DNA of 64,000 nt from Fidelibacterota bacterium (GTDB taxonomy: Bacteria; Fidelibacterota; JAANXI01). Position numbers and translations under genes: made by a program. Below are positions 36,342 through 46,771 of this stretch, piece by piece; the first letter of the stretch is position 1; each line of letters opens with the position of its first letter. Below the pieces are notes generated by a model. That model was not told where the DNA came from. It was given only the letters and a program-made list of their open reading frames with translations, and did no database searches. The stretch is from positions 103,785-167,784 of the forward strand of contig JAIPJS010000007.1 in the NCBI GenBank assembly GCA_021734025.1, in the 5' to 3' direction.

Positions 36342-36865
36342 GAAATACCACACATACTCCGGATCTTAAGCACCTGGCCAAATTCCAGATTTTTCAGGGT
36401 TTACCGGACGATAAAATTCGTCTCTACATTGAGAAGTTTAACTATTATACTGCCGGTGAGGGCGACATTATTATCAAGGAAGGCGATCCTGGTGACTCCA
36501 TCTACCTGTTACTTAAAGGTGAAGTGGAGGTCACCCAAGCGCTCACCTTCCTGATGACGCGGGCGCCGATTCCGGATACCCGGGAGAAGGCGATCATTCG
36601 CCTGAATCATAAAATGCATCCCTTTTTCGGGGAAATGTCACTTTTTGCCGAGGAGGACACACGAACAGCGAATATTCGCGCTGTCACGGAATGCGTGCTG
36701 GCCAGAATCAGCAAAGAGGACTTTTTTACTGTGACTCATGAGAATCCGGGCATTGGGCTTACGGTGACGGAAAACATCGCACGGGTCCTTGTAGAACGGT
36801 TGAAAAACACCAATAATGACGTGACGAAACTAACCACGGCGTTGGCGTTGATATTGGAGCAGTAG
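36338..36865 (+). CDS. Stand-alone cyclic-nucleotide-binding domain protein
   Basis: GDIIIKEGDPGDSIYLLLKGEV ... FFGEMSLF...RTANIRA CAP_ED signature. ATGA overlap with the channel gene. Confidence 0.8.
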   Translation: MRNTTHTPDLKHLAKFQIFQGLPDDKIRLYIEKFNYYTAGEGDIIIKEGDPGDSIYLLLKGEVEVTQALTFLMTRAPIPDTREKAIIRLNHKMHPFFGEMSLFAEEDTRTANIRAVTECVLARISKEDFFTVTHENPGIGLTVTENIARVLVERLKNTNNDVTKLTTALALILEQ

Positions 36866-37066
36866 GGAAGATATATCAAAATTTTTTTGGGCAGTATGAT
36901 AGCATGGACGGTGAATAAAATATTTTATCCGAGAACGCCGGACAGACCCTTTCAAGGTCTCGACCCCTGAAAGGGTCGCAATGGAGGAGGGGAAAATCAT
37001 ATCTCTGCTGGCAAAGAATCATATTAAATTAAACGAATTAGGAAATCCTAACCACGATAAGGACTT

Positions 37067-39724
37067 ATGACGCAAGAGATTCCAAAGGTATATGATCCCA
37101 AACAGGTGGAAGATCGCCTGTACGACTATTGGGAGGAGAACAATTATTTTCACGCCGAACCGAACGACGAGAAGGAACCCTATACTATCGTTATTCCGCC
37201 GCCGAATGTGACGGCGGTACTGCATATGGGGCACGCCTATAACAACGCCATTCAGGATATCCTGATCCGATGGCGACGAATGCAGGGATACGAGGCGCTC
37301 TGGATGCCGGGGACGGATCATGCTGGCATCGCTACCCAGAATGTGGTTGAACGGGAGCTGATGAAGGAAGACAAAACCCGCCATGATGTCGGTCGGGAAA
37401 AATTTGTCGATTTAGTTTGGGAATGGTCGGAGGACCGCCGGGCCGAGATTATCAATCAGCTGAAGAAAATGGGCTGCTCCTGCGATTGGGAGCGGGAGCG
37501 GTTTACGTTTGATCAAGGGCTCTCCGAAGCGGTCACACACGTCTTTGTCTCCCTCTACGAAAAAGGACTGATTTACCGCGATAGTTATATAGTGAACTGG
37601 TGCCCCCGGTGTTCCACGGTGATTTCCGATGAAGAAGTGGAGCACGAGGATAAGCAGGGGAATCTCTGGCATATCCGGTATCCCATCAAGGATTCGGACG
37701 ACTATATTCAGGTTGCGACCACACGGCCGGAGACTATGCTGGGCGATACCGGCATCGCGGTGAATCCTGACGATGAACGCTACACCGACATGGTCGGGAA
37801 AACCGTTATCCTGCCGATACTGGAACGCGAGATGCCGATTATTGCGGATGAATTCGTTGATCCGGAGTTTGGCACCGGGATGGTGAAAGTGACACCGGCC
37901 CACGACCCCAATGATTTTGAAATGGGGAACCGGCACGGTCTTGCAGAGGTCAATATCCTGAATGACGACGCTACCATGAACGAAAACGCCGGCCCGTACG
38001 AAGGATTGGATCGGTTCGAGTGCCGCGAAAAACTGGTAGAAGATCTGGAAGAGCAGGGATATTTAGTCAAGACCGAAAAGTATGAGAACAGGGTCGGCCA
38101 CTGTTATCGCTGCCACACGATTGTGGAACCGTCCATCTCTGATCAGTGGTTCGTGAAAATGGAGCCATTGGCCAAACCGGCTTACGATGCTGTCAATGAT
38201 GGCCGGATCGACTTTTTCCCGGAAAAGTGGGTGAAGACCTACAATCACTGGCTGGAGAATATCAGGGACTGGTGCATCTCCAGGCAGCTCTGGTGGGGCC
38301 ACCGGATACCGGCGTTTTATTGCACGGAATGTGGCGAAGTGGAAGTGGCGAGGAACAAGCCTGATACCTGTGACAATTGCGGTAATGACGAATGGCGCCA
38401 GGACGAGGATGTGCTGGACACCTGGTTCAGCTCCTGGCTCTGGCCGTTCAGCACCATGGACTGGCCGGATAAGACACCGGAATTAGACTATTTTTACCCG
38501 ACCAATACACTGGTAACTGCCCAGGATATCATCTTCTTCTGGGTGGCCCGGATGATCATGGCCGGACTGGAATTTATGGACGATATCCCGTTTGAGGCGG
38601 TTTATTTCAACGGTTTGGTGCGGGACGCTCAGGGCCGGAAGATGAGCAAATCGCTGGGCAACGGCATCGATCCGCTGGAGATGGTGGATGAGTACTCCGC
38701 CGACGCGGTGCGCTACTCGCTGATCGTACTCTCTACGGAAGGTCAGGATATCAATCTGGCTGAGGAAAACTTCGAGATTGGCCGGAATTTCTCCAACAAG
38801 CTCTGGAACAGCTTCCGGTTCGTGGAGATGCAACGGGATGGAAGGGATATTTCGCATGAACTGCCGGACAAAGGAAACTGGGAGCTCGCCGACCGGTGGA
38901 TTATTTCGAGGCTCCAAAAGGTAACGACGAAATTTAATGAAGCGTTGGAGATGTTTCGGATCCACGAAGCGCAGGAAACGGTACATAAATTCTTCTGGGG
39001 TGAGTTTTGCGACTGGTACCTGGAACTCATTAAGCCGCGCCTGTACGGCGATGACGAGACTGCCCGGGAGACGGCGATGAATATCGCAGTGAATGTGCTG
39101 CGGGAGACGCTCCAGCTGCTGCATCCGATTATTCCGTTCATCACCGAGGAAATCTGGCAGCACTTGAAGCTGGAAGAGGATCCGGACATCATGGTTAGTG
39201 ATTTTCCCGTGCCGGAGATATCTCTGGAAGACGACGAAGCCGAATCAGAAATGAATTTGTTGCAGGATGTCATTATAGCCATCCGGACCATGCGGAGCGA
39301 GATGAATGTGCCGCCGTCACGTCAGGCCGAGATATTCGTGAACAGCGGCACAAACGGACAGGCAGAATTGCTGGACTCGTACCAGTCCTATATTGCCAAT
39401 CTTGCAAATCTGGAAGCAATTACCATCGAGGAGTCGGTGGAGCAGCCGGAATCCAGTGCCACGGCGGTGGTCCGGGAGATGGAAATCTTTATGCCGCTGG
39501 CCGATCTCATCGATCTGGACAAAGAAAAGGCGCGCCTGGAGAAAGAGCTAGAGGATGCAACCGGCCGCCTGAGGAAATCCGAATCCAAACTGGCAAACCA
39601 GAACTTCGTCGAGAAAGCTCCTGAGAATGTGGTGGAGAAGGAGCGGGAAAAGAAGGCACGATATGAGGAAGAACTCAAAAAACTTAAGACCAATTATGAG
39701 AAACTTACTCAGCTGGATTCGTAG
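37067..39724 (+). CDS. valS: Valine-tRNA ligase
   Basis: HMGH and KMSKS class-I motifs. 885 aa with a C-terminal coiled coil. Confidence 0.95.
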   Translation: MTQEIPKVYDPKQVEDRLYDYWEENNYFHAEPNDEKEPYTIVIPPPNVTAVLHMGHAYNNAIQDILIRWRRMQGYEALWMPGTDHAGIATQNVVERELMKEDKTRHDVGREKFVDLVWEWSEDRRAEIINQLKKMGCSCDWERERFTFDQGLSEAVTHVFVSLYEKGLIYRDSYIVNWCPRCSTVISDEEVEHEDKQGNLWHIRYPIKDSDDYIQVATTRPETMLGDTGIAVNPDDERYTDMVGKTVILPILEREMPIIADEFVDPEFGTGMVKVTPAHDPNDFEMGNRHGLAEVNILNDDATMNENAGPYEGLDRFECREKLVEDLEEQGYLVKTEKYENRVGHCYRCHTIVEPSISDQWFVKMEPLAKPAYDAVNDGRIDFFPEKWVKTYNHWLENIRDWCISRQLWWGHRIPAFYCTECGEVEVARNKPDTCDNCGNDEWRQDEDVLDTWFSSWLWPFSTMDWPDKTPELDYFYPTNTLVTAQDIIFFWVARMIMAGLEFMDDIPFEAVYFNGLVRDAQGRKMSKSLGNGIDPLEMVDEYSADAVRYSLIVLSTEGQDINLAEENFEIGRNFSNKLWNSFRFVEMQRDGRDISHELPDKGNWELADRWIISRLQKVTTKFNEALEMFRIHEAQETVHKFFWGEFCDWYLELIKPRLYGDDETARETAMNIAVNVLRETLQLLHPIIPFITEEIWQHLKLEEDPDIMVSDFPVPEISLEDDEAESEMNLLQDVIIAIRTMRSEMNVPPSRQAEIFVNSGTNGQAELLDSYQSYIANLANLEAITIEESVEQPESSATAVVREMEIFMPLADLIDLDKEKARLEKELEDATGRLRKSESKLANQNFVEKAPENVVEKEREKKARYEEELKKLKTNYEKLTQLDS

Positions 39725-41060
39725 TGTAGCACTAATCCTGCTTGCGAGCACTCTGTTCGCTGCCGGAAATCCTACGGTCACGATCTACAATTCGAACCTG
39801 GGCCTGGTGCAAGAGTCGCGTACGCTGGAATTGAAAAAAGGCCGCCAGCAGATCGCCGTGACCGATGTGGCCGCTAAAATTCAGCCGGCGACAGTGCATC
39901 TCCAGGGAGGCACTCAGGCAAATTTTTCTCTGCTGGAGCAGAATTTTCAGTACGATTTGGTAAACACGGCAAAGCTCTTCGACAAATATATTGGTGAAAA
40001 AATCAACGTGGTTACGGAGCAGACCGGCAGCATCTTCGGAAACTTGCTCTCCAGAGATGGATCGATTCTCACTATCCAGAGCAGGGATGGATCGCTTCGG
40101 CTAATCAATACCGATCATATCCTGGAATATTCACTGCCGAGCTTGCCGGAGGGGCTGATTCTGAAGCCGACTCTGCAGTGGATTCTGGAATCGCAGGAGT
40201 CTGGTGCTCAGGATGTGGAGTTGTCGTATCTCACCAGTGGGATGTCCTGGGAGGCCGAGTACATTCTGCAATTAACTGAAGATGACGAGTCCGGTGTGCT
40301 CTCCTCATGGATAACCCTTGAAAACAATGCCGGGGCGACTTTTGAAAATGCTACGGTCAAACTCATTGCCGGGGATATTCACCGCGCGCAGAAAGGCGGT
40401 CGCGGCCCGCAACCTCAGGCGATGGAAATGGCTGCTATGGCACGGGATCAGGTCTCCGAACGGGGTATCTTTGAATATCACCTGTACGAAATCGGATTTC
40501 CCACCACTTTATATCAAAATGCTATCAAGCAGGTCACTTTCCGGGATCCCACGGAAATAAATTATGACCGGAAATATACCTTCGAGCACTCGGAGCGACA
40601 GAGTGTTCAGCAGGAAAACGTGAGCGTCGATATTGTTTTTGATAACACCGAGGAAAACAATCTCGGGATGCCGCTGCCGGAGGGCATCGTCCGGCTGATG
40701 CAGGAGGACGAGGACGGCAAAGAAGTGTTGGTCGGGGAAGATAACATCAACCACACTCCCAAAGATGAAGAAATCCGCGTGACCGCCGGCCGGGCGTTTG
40801 ACATTATCGGGGATCGACGAGTGACCAACTACGAACGACGCGGCCAGTCATCGGACCAGATGTCTGTGGAAATCGAACTTCGGAATCACAAGGATGAAGC
40901 GGTCACCATAAATGTGCTCGAGCATTTCTACGGCGACTGGGAAATCCTCAAGGAAACTCATCCATCCACTCCCAAGGATGCCAATACGCTGCAATTTACG
41001 CCGGAAGTTCCGGCCGACGGCTCGGTAACTATTACATATACCATCCAACGCAATCGCTAA
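39696..41060 (+). CDS. DUF4139-domain secreted protein
   Basis: Signal peptide (VALILLASTLFA). VTIYNSNLGLVQE and LSYLTSGMSWEAEY pattern. ATG at 39696 overlaps valS by 29 nt. Confidence 0.65.
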   Translation: MRNLLSWIRSVALILLASTLFAAGNPTVTIYNSNLGLVQESRTLELKKGRQQIAVTDVAAKIQPATVHLQGGTQANFSLLEQNFQYDLVNTAKLFDKYIGEKINVVTEQTGSIFGNLLSRDGSILTIQSRDGSLRLINTDHILEYSLPSLPEGLILKPTLQWILESQESGAQDVELSYLTSGMSWEAEYILQLTEDDESGVLSSWITLENNAGATFENATVKLIAGDIHRAQKGGRGPQPQAMEMAAMARDQVSERGIFEYHLYEIGFPTTLYQNAIKQVTFRDPTEINYDRKYTFEHSERQSVQQENVSVDIVFDNTEENNLGMPLPEGIVRLMQEDEDGKEVLVGEDNINHTPKDEEIRVTAGRAFDIIGDRRVTNYERRGQSSDQMSVEIELRNHKDEAVTINVLEHFYGDWEILKETHPSTPKDANTLQFTPEVPADGSVTITYTIQRNR

Positions 41061-41068
41061 TCGGGTGT

Positions 41069-43186
41069 ATGTCCTCATCGTCCCCGGATACCAGTAAGCT
41101 TCAGCCAGATTCACCAGTCCAGTACTTGAAGGGTGTTGGTCCCAAGCGGGCGGAAGCCCTGGAATCGTTCGACATCGAAACCCTGGAAGACCTCCTCTAC
41201 TTTTTTCCCAGACGATATCTGGATCGCAGCACCATCGTCCCAATCAACCAGCTCAAAGTCGATCAGGAAGCCACCGTCGTCGGTAAGGTAATGGCCAAGG
41301 GCGTCCGGAAGGGGCGGCGTCGTTCCTACTTTGAACTGGTGGTGGAAGATAAAACCGGCATGCTGAAGTGCCGCTGGTTTCGGGGCGTCCGCTGGATTAA
41401 GAACGCCTTTAAAACCGGGGAACCCATCGCCGTGAGCGGCAAGGTGGCGTTCTACAACGGTCTCTCCATGAGTCATCCCGACTACGATAAATTGGGAAAA
41501 GGTGAAGAAGATCCCGTGAATACCGGGAAGATTATTCCGCTTTATCCGGGAAGTCAAAAGCTGAAACGGGTGGGGTTAGACAGCCGACGGTTCCGGCGAA
41601 TTTACGGGCGAATCCTGCCAAAGATGGACGGGGTGCTTCCGGAGTACTTACCTCAGAAATTGCGTAGCGATTACAATCTGCAGGAGATCGAGTTAGCGCT
41701 CCGGGGCATTCATGCTCCGGCAGATCAGGAGACGCTTGGGAAAGCCAAGAAACGGCTGAAATTCGAAGAGTTGTTTTTCATCCAGCTGATGCTGGCGCTG
41801 CGGAAGCACCATTTTAAAAAGGAGCCCAAGGGGATCAGTTACGAGGAAATCGGTCCGTTGTGCGAGTCGTTGTACCGGATACTTCCTTTTGAACTAACAG
41901 AAGCCCAGAAGCAGGCGATGCGGGAGATCCGAGCGGATATGAAGTCGAAGAATGTGATGAACCGGCTGCTTCAGGGGGATGTCGGTTCCGGGAAGACGGT
42001 GGTGGCGATGTTAGCGGCGAGTATTGCTGTGGGCAACGGATACCAGGTGGCCTTTATGGCCCCAACAGAAATCCTGGCTGAGCAACATTACCGCACCGTA
42101 CAATCGTACTTCCGGAAACTCAAGGTGCCGGTGGCGCTTCTCACCGGCTCACAGAAAGGGAAAGATCGCAAGAGTATTTTGAATGGGCTGAAACATGGCG
42201 ACATTCCTATTGTCGTCGGTACCCACGCGCTGATTCAGGAAGGCGTGGCCTTTGATTCACTGGGACTGGCCATTATCGATGAGCAGCACCGGTTCGGAGT
42301 GCTCCAGCGCGGGGAACTGAGCGAGAAGGGCGACAACATCGACGTGCTGGTGATGACCGCCACGCCCATACCGCGGACCATGGCTCTCACCATCTATGGA
42401 GACCTTGATGTCAGCACTATTGACGAACTACCGGCGGGTCGGAAGCAGATTGTCACCAGAAAAGTGTCTGTGGCCAAGCTGGATAAGGTGTACGAGTTTG
42501 TGAAACAGGAGCTGTCCAAGGGACGCCAGTGTTACGTGGTGTATCCGCTGGTGGAGGAATCCGAAAAGATGGATTTGCAGGCGGCGACCCAGGGATACGA
42601 ATACTTGCAGGAGGTGTTTTCGGAGTTTACAGTTGGCTTGTTGCACGGACGCATGAAGGCTGATGAAAAAGAAGAAGTCATGGCCAGGTTCGAGGCCAAC
42701 GAAATCCAAATGTTAGTGAGTACTACGGTCATTGAGGTGGGAATCGACGTGCCGAACGCGACCATCATGCTCATCGAAAATGCCGAGCGGTTCGGCCTGA
42801 CCCAGCTGCATCAGCTGCGGGGTCGGGTCGGTCGCGGAGAACACCAGAGTTTTTGTATCCTGGTGAACCGGAATAAGGGAGCGAACAACGGAACGGCGGA
42901 ACAACGGCTGTCCATTATGGTAGAAACTTCCAACGGATTTAAAATTGCCGATGAAGATCTAAAAATCCGCGGCCCCGGTGAGATGTTCGGGACGAAGCAG
43001 AGCGGCTTCCCGGATCTGAAAATTGCGGATTTTATTGATGATGCTGACCTGTTATATTTGGCAAGGAACGCAGCATTTGATCTGGTGAAGGAAGACCCGA
43101 AATTGCGCAATGAATCCTACGCAAATTTGAAAACACACTTCGTGAGACATTACAAAAAGCAATGGGAATTGAGTCATATCAGTTGA
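41069..43186 (+). CDS. recG: ATP-dependent DNA helicase RecG
   Basis: Wedge/OB N-terminus. Helicase motifs GDVGSGKT, DEQHRFG, MTATPIPRT, QLHQLRGRVGRG. Confidence 0.95.
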   Translation: MSSSSPDTSKLQPDSPVQYLKGVGPKRAEALESFDIETLEDLLYFFPRRYLDRSTIVPINQLKVDQEATVVGKVMAKGVRKGRRRSYFELVVEDKTGMLKCRWFRGVRWIKNAFKTGEPIAVSGKVAFYNGLSMSHPDYDKLGKGEEDPVNTGKIIPLYPGSQKLKRVGLDSRRFRRIYGRILPKMDGVLPEYLPQKLRSDYNLQEIELALRGIHAPADQETLGKAKKRLKFEELFFIQLMLALRKHHFKKEPKGISYEEIGPLCESLYRILPFELTEAQKQAMREIRADMKSKNVMNRLLQGDVGSGKTVVAMLAASIAVGNGYQVAFMAPTEILAEQHYRTVQSYFRKLKVPVALLTGSQKGKDRKSILNGLKHGDIPIVVGTHALIQEGVAFDSLGLAIIDEQHRFGVLQRGELSEKGDNIDVLVMTATPIPRTMALTIYGDLDVSTIDELPAGRKQIVTRKVSVAKLDKVYEFVKQELSKGRQCYVVYPLVEESEKMDLQAATQGYEYLQEVFSEFTVGLLHGRMKADEKEEVMARFEANEIQMLVSTTVIEVGIDVPNATIMLIENAERFGLTQLHQLRGRVGRGEHQSFCILVNRNKGANNGTAEQRLSIMVETSNGFKIADEDLKIRGPGEMFGTKQSGFPDLKIADFIDDADLLYLARNAAFDLVKEDPKLRNESYANLKTHFVRHYKKQWELSHIS

Positions 43187-43201
43187 GAAAGGAGATCACC
43201 T

Positions 43202-43627
43202 ATGGCTGAGGAACCGCAACCCCAGGAAATTAACAAAGAGGAACTTTTTAGTTATCTGGTCTCGACCTTTTACTCCAGCGCCTGGATGCAGATGGGCAAG
43301 ATGGCCAATCCGATGACCAATAAGGTTGAGAAGGATATGGAGCAGGCCGAGTTTACCATTGATCTGTTGGATATGCTTAAGGAGAAAACCGAAGGCAACC
43401 TGAGTGACGAGGAATCCAAACTGTTGACCCGGGCTATCAAGGAGCTGAAGATGAATTTTATGGAAGAGAAGAAAAAAGGAGGCGATTCCGGGGAAGAGGC
43501 CGAAGACGCAGAGGGCAAATCGAGCCAGACCAGACCAGATAACATTGTTACCCCAAACGATGCAATGGGGAATAAAAAGGAAGATGATTCGGATTCCGGA
43601 AAGCAATCCAATCTCTGGACACCGTAA
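43202..43627 (+). CDS. DUF1844 domain protein
   Basis: FSYLVSTFYSSAWMQMGKMANPMT...IDLLDMLKEKTEGNL pattern. Confidence 0.65.
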   Translation: MAEEPQPQEINKEELFSYLVSTFYSSAWMQMGKMANPMTNKVEKDMEQAEFTIDLLDMLKEKTEGNLSDEESKLLTRAIKELKMNFMEEKKKGGDSGEEAEDAEGKSSQTRPDNIVTPNDAMGNKKEDDSDSGKQSNLWTP

Positions 43628-43785
43628 GTTCTTCCAAAGATAGCAGAATTCCCTGGTGTGTAATGAATTCTTAGGGAATATCTGGACCGGTTTTCGATAG
43701 ATAATCAATAAAAAAAAATGTATACTATTTTGTTTCAACTCTGTCCGATAAAGCACCTGTACAACTCCTAACTATCGAGGAACAC

Positions 43786-46437
43786 ATGCAGCACGATCGT
43801 ACAAAACTCATTTTAGGGGCCATCGTCTTTATCTCATCGCTGGTATTATACCTGGCGACGGTGGCGCCGACGGTCTCCTTTTGGGATACCGGTGAATTTA
43901 TCGCCTGCGCCTACACGCTTGGCGTCCCGCATCCTCCGGGAAGTCCGCTTTTTATTCTGATCGGACGGTTTTTTACTCTGCTGCCGACGAGCGTTGATCC
44001 GGCGTTTCGGATGAATATCATATCACCGCTCTCCGCTGCACTGGCCAATCTGCTCGTCTTTTTAATCATTGTTAAATTTGTCAAAATCTGGCGCGGTGGA
44101 GATCTGGAATCCACCAAAGATAAAATTATTGCCTACGTTGGGGCATTTATTGGCGCCATGGGGTTTGCCGGTACGGACAGTCACTGGTTCAACTCGGTGG
44201 AAGCGGAAGTCTATGCCATGAGTACCTTTGCCACGGCGTTGGTGGTGTGGTTGATTCTTCGGTGGATGGAGCGTTCTGATAGGCTTGGTCACGAACGATA
44301 CCTGCTGTTGATAGCGTATGTGATGGGGTTGGCTATTGGCGTCCACCTGCTGAACCTGCTGACGCTTCCGGTGATTGCGCTGGTTATTTATTTCAAAAAG
44401 TACAAGTTTCAGTGGAGCAGCTTTTTTGCCACGGTGGCCATTACACTGGGCGCATTTCTGGCTGTTTATCTTGGGATAATTAAGGGCCTCGCCAAGGTGA
44501 TGGCAGTGACATATGCAGGGGGATACTTCGGGTTTTATCTCGTGGGACTCATCGTCCTGGCTGTTTTTGCCGGATCGTGGTGGGCTGCGAAAAATCACAA
44601 GGAAATCACGGCATTGGTGTTGATGTCCGCCTCACTGATTTTGATCGGTTACTCCAGCTACACAATGATCTATATCCGGGCCAATCAGGATCCGTTTATC
44701 AATGAGAACGATCCGTCCACGCCGGCGAAATTCGTCTCGTATCTCGAGCGGGAGCAGTACGGAAAGCATTCCATTCTGGACAGGCGTGGTGTCTGGCAGG
44801 ATTCCAAAAAGGACCCGGCTGCGCATATCGCCGATCAGGTCAATTCCACGTGGGGATACGTCTGGAATTACCAGATAAAATATATGTACTTCCGGTATTT
44901 CAACTGGCAGTTCATCGGGCGCATCGGGGACAGGGTCGACTTCACTCAATTTTATATGCTGCCATTTCTGTTGGGGCTCTTTGGGATGAGCTACCACTTT
45001 ATGCGGGATAGCAAACGGGGACTCGTTGTGCTGGCATTGTTTATTATGACAGGGCTGGCTGTGGTTGCCTACCTGAACCAACCGGACCCGCAGCCACGTG
45101 AGCGGGACTACAGCTACGTGGCTTCGTTTATGGCTTTTAGCCTCTGGATTGGGATTGGTGCGTCCGGCATTATGGAACTCATCATGGACAAGTTTAAGGG
45201 ATCAACGCAGCGGATCGCTACTTATGCCGCAATCGTTGTACTGACGTTGGCGATTCCTATCCAGATGATTGGAAAAAATTATTATACCCATGATCGCAGC
45301 GGTAATTACGTCGCCTGGGATTATTCGTACAATATTCTGCAGACCTGCGAACCCAATGCCATCCTGTTTACGAACGGCGATAATGATACGTTTCCCCTGT
45401 GGTATTTACAGGAGGTTGTTGGAATCCGCAAAGATGTGCGGGTGGTAAACCTGAGCTTGCTGAATACCCACTGGTACATCAAGCAGCTCCGGGATTATGA
45501 GCCACAGGTGCTCCCGGACAGCTTCACCGATTCTATGATTGACCAACTCTATCCCATGCGGTTTGAGAAGCAGGAGGTCGCGATAACTGCGCCAAAGACT
45601 GAGCAGAACCCGGACGGGAAAATCGAATTTACCATGAAGCCGACCTATGCCGGACAGGGAATACGAGTGCAGGATATTATGATCCTGCGGCTTATGGAAC
45701 AGAATTTGAGAGAACGGCCGATGTATTTCGCCATTACGGTCTCCTCCCAAAATAAGATTAACCTGAATCCGTATCTGCGGATGGACGGGCTGGCGATGAA
45801 AATTATGCCCCACCGGGTAGACGGCGAGATTGCACCGGACGTGCTGGAGGAGAACATCACGGAGAATTACCAGTACCGGGAACTGGGCAATCCGGATGTG
45901 TATTTTAACGATAACATCAAAAATCTCCTGCAGAACTATCGTTCCACCTTTATGCAGCTGGCATTCTATTATTACCAGAACAATCAGCAAGACAAGATGG
46001 TGGAAATTCTGGATGCCATGAATAATGCGGTTCCGGAAGAGACTATTCCGTATACCAACCAGGATATCTATCTCGAGATCGCCCGGTTATATGCTGAGGC
46101 AGGTCGGACCGATATTCTCCGGGAACGGCTGCAAAATGCTCTGGATAATCCGGGACTGGATATTCAGCGACGCATGCGCTATGCCTCGCTGTACATCACT
46201 ACGCTTAACGATTTCGAAAAGGCCGACAGTATCTTTACCTCCATTTATCAGCAAAACCCGGATAACGGTCAGGTGATCGGGACGCTGCTTCAGATTTATG
46301 AGCGCCAGGGTCGATGGAGAGAGGCGTACGAGATCATAAACCAGTGGGTGCAAGATCATCCCAACGACCAGAATGCCCGCAACATGCTGGAAGAGTACCG
46401 AACCCGGATGGATGCCGGAGCGGACACGACGGGATGA
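43786..46437 (+). CDS. DUF2723 family membrane protein (glycosyltransferase-like) with C-terminal TPR region
   Basis: VSFWDTGEFIA..GVPHPPGSPLF motif. ~11 TM helices, then a soluble repeat domain. Confidence 0.7.
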   Translation: MQHDRTKLILGAIVFISSLVLYLATVAPTVSFWDTGEFIACAYTLGVPHPPGSPLFILIGRFFTLLPTSVDPAFRMNIISPLSAALANLLVFLIIVKFVKIWRGGDLESTKDKIIAYVGAFIGAMGFAGTDSHWFNSVEAEVYAMSTFATALVVWLILRWMERSDRLGHERYLLLIAYVMGLAIGVHLLNLLTLPVIALVIYFKKYKFQWSSFFATVAITLGAFLAVYLGIIKGLAKVMAVTYAGGYFGFYLVGLIVLAVFAGSWWAAKNHKEITALVLMSASLILIGYSSYTMIYIRANQDPFINENDPSTPAKFVSYLEREQYGKHSILDRRGVWQDSKKDPAAHIADQVNSTWGYVWNYQIKYMYFRYFNWQFIGRIGDRVDFTQFYMLPFLLGLFGMSYHFMRDSKRGLVVLALFIMTGLAVVAYLNQPDPQPRERDYSYVASFMAFSLWIGIGASGIMELIMDKFKGSTQRIATYAAIVVLTLAIPIQMIGKNYYTHDRSGNYVAWDYSYNILQTCEPNAILFTNGDNDTFPLWYLQEVVGIRKDVRVVNLSLLNTHWYIKQLRDYEPQVLPDSFTDSMIDQLYPMRFEKQEVAITAPKTEQNPDGKIEFTMKPTYAGQGIRVQDIMILRLMEQNLRERPMYFAITVSSQNKINLNPYLRMDGLAMKIMPHRVDGEIAPDVLEENITENYQYRELGNPDVYFNDNIKNLLQNYRSTFMQLAFYYYQNNQQDKMVEILDAMNNAVPEETIPYTNQDIYLEIARLYAEAGRTDILRERLQNALDNPGLDIQRRMRYASLYITTLNDFEKADSIFTSIYQQNPDNGQVIGTLLQIYERQGRWREAYEIINQWVQDHPNDQNARNMLEEYRTRMDAGADTTG

Positions 46438-46627
46438 GGTATAGGGTATAAGGGAAAACACCTTGGAGACCGGAGACCGAAAAGGATTGAATATCCAACC
46501 GACGAATTTCCAATATCCAATTTCCAAGTGACCCCAACCCACCCAAGAAAGAATGCAGAATGAAAAATGAAGAAGTATAAAAACCAGAGGCCGGAAAATA
46601 TCAACTTAGTTCATAAGACGCATAGCA

Positions 46628-46718
46628 GGTTTTAACCATAACACGTTAACACCGTAACACATTAACACGTTTCCAACTGAACACCTGGACACCCGAACAC
46701 CTGAACACTATTTTAAAA
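46628..46718 (+). repeat. GGTTTTAACC + nine NNNAACAC octamers + TTTTAAAA, upstream of the GT2 gene
   Basis: ataacacg|ttaacacc|gtaacaca|ttaacacg|tttccaac|tgaacacc|tggacacc|cgaacacc|tgaacact. Confidence 0.85.
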
Positions 46719-46771
46719 TCTTTCTTACCCTCAGAGAGGCATCCGTTCGCGGATTCTAAATAATCCAATCA

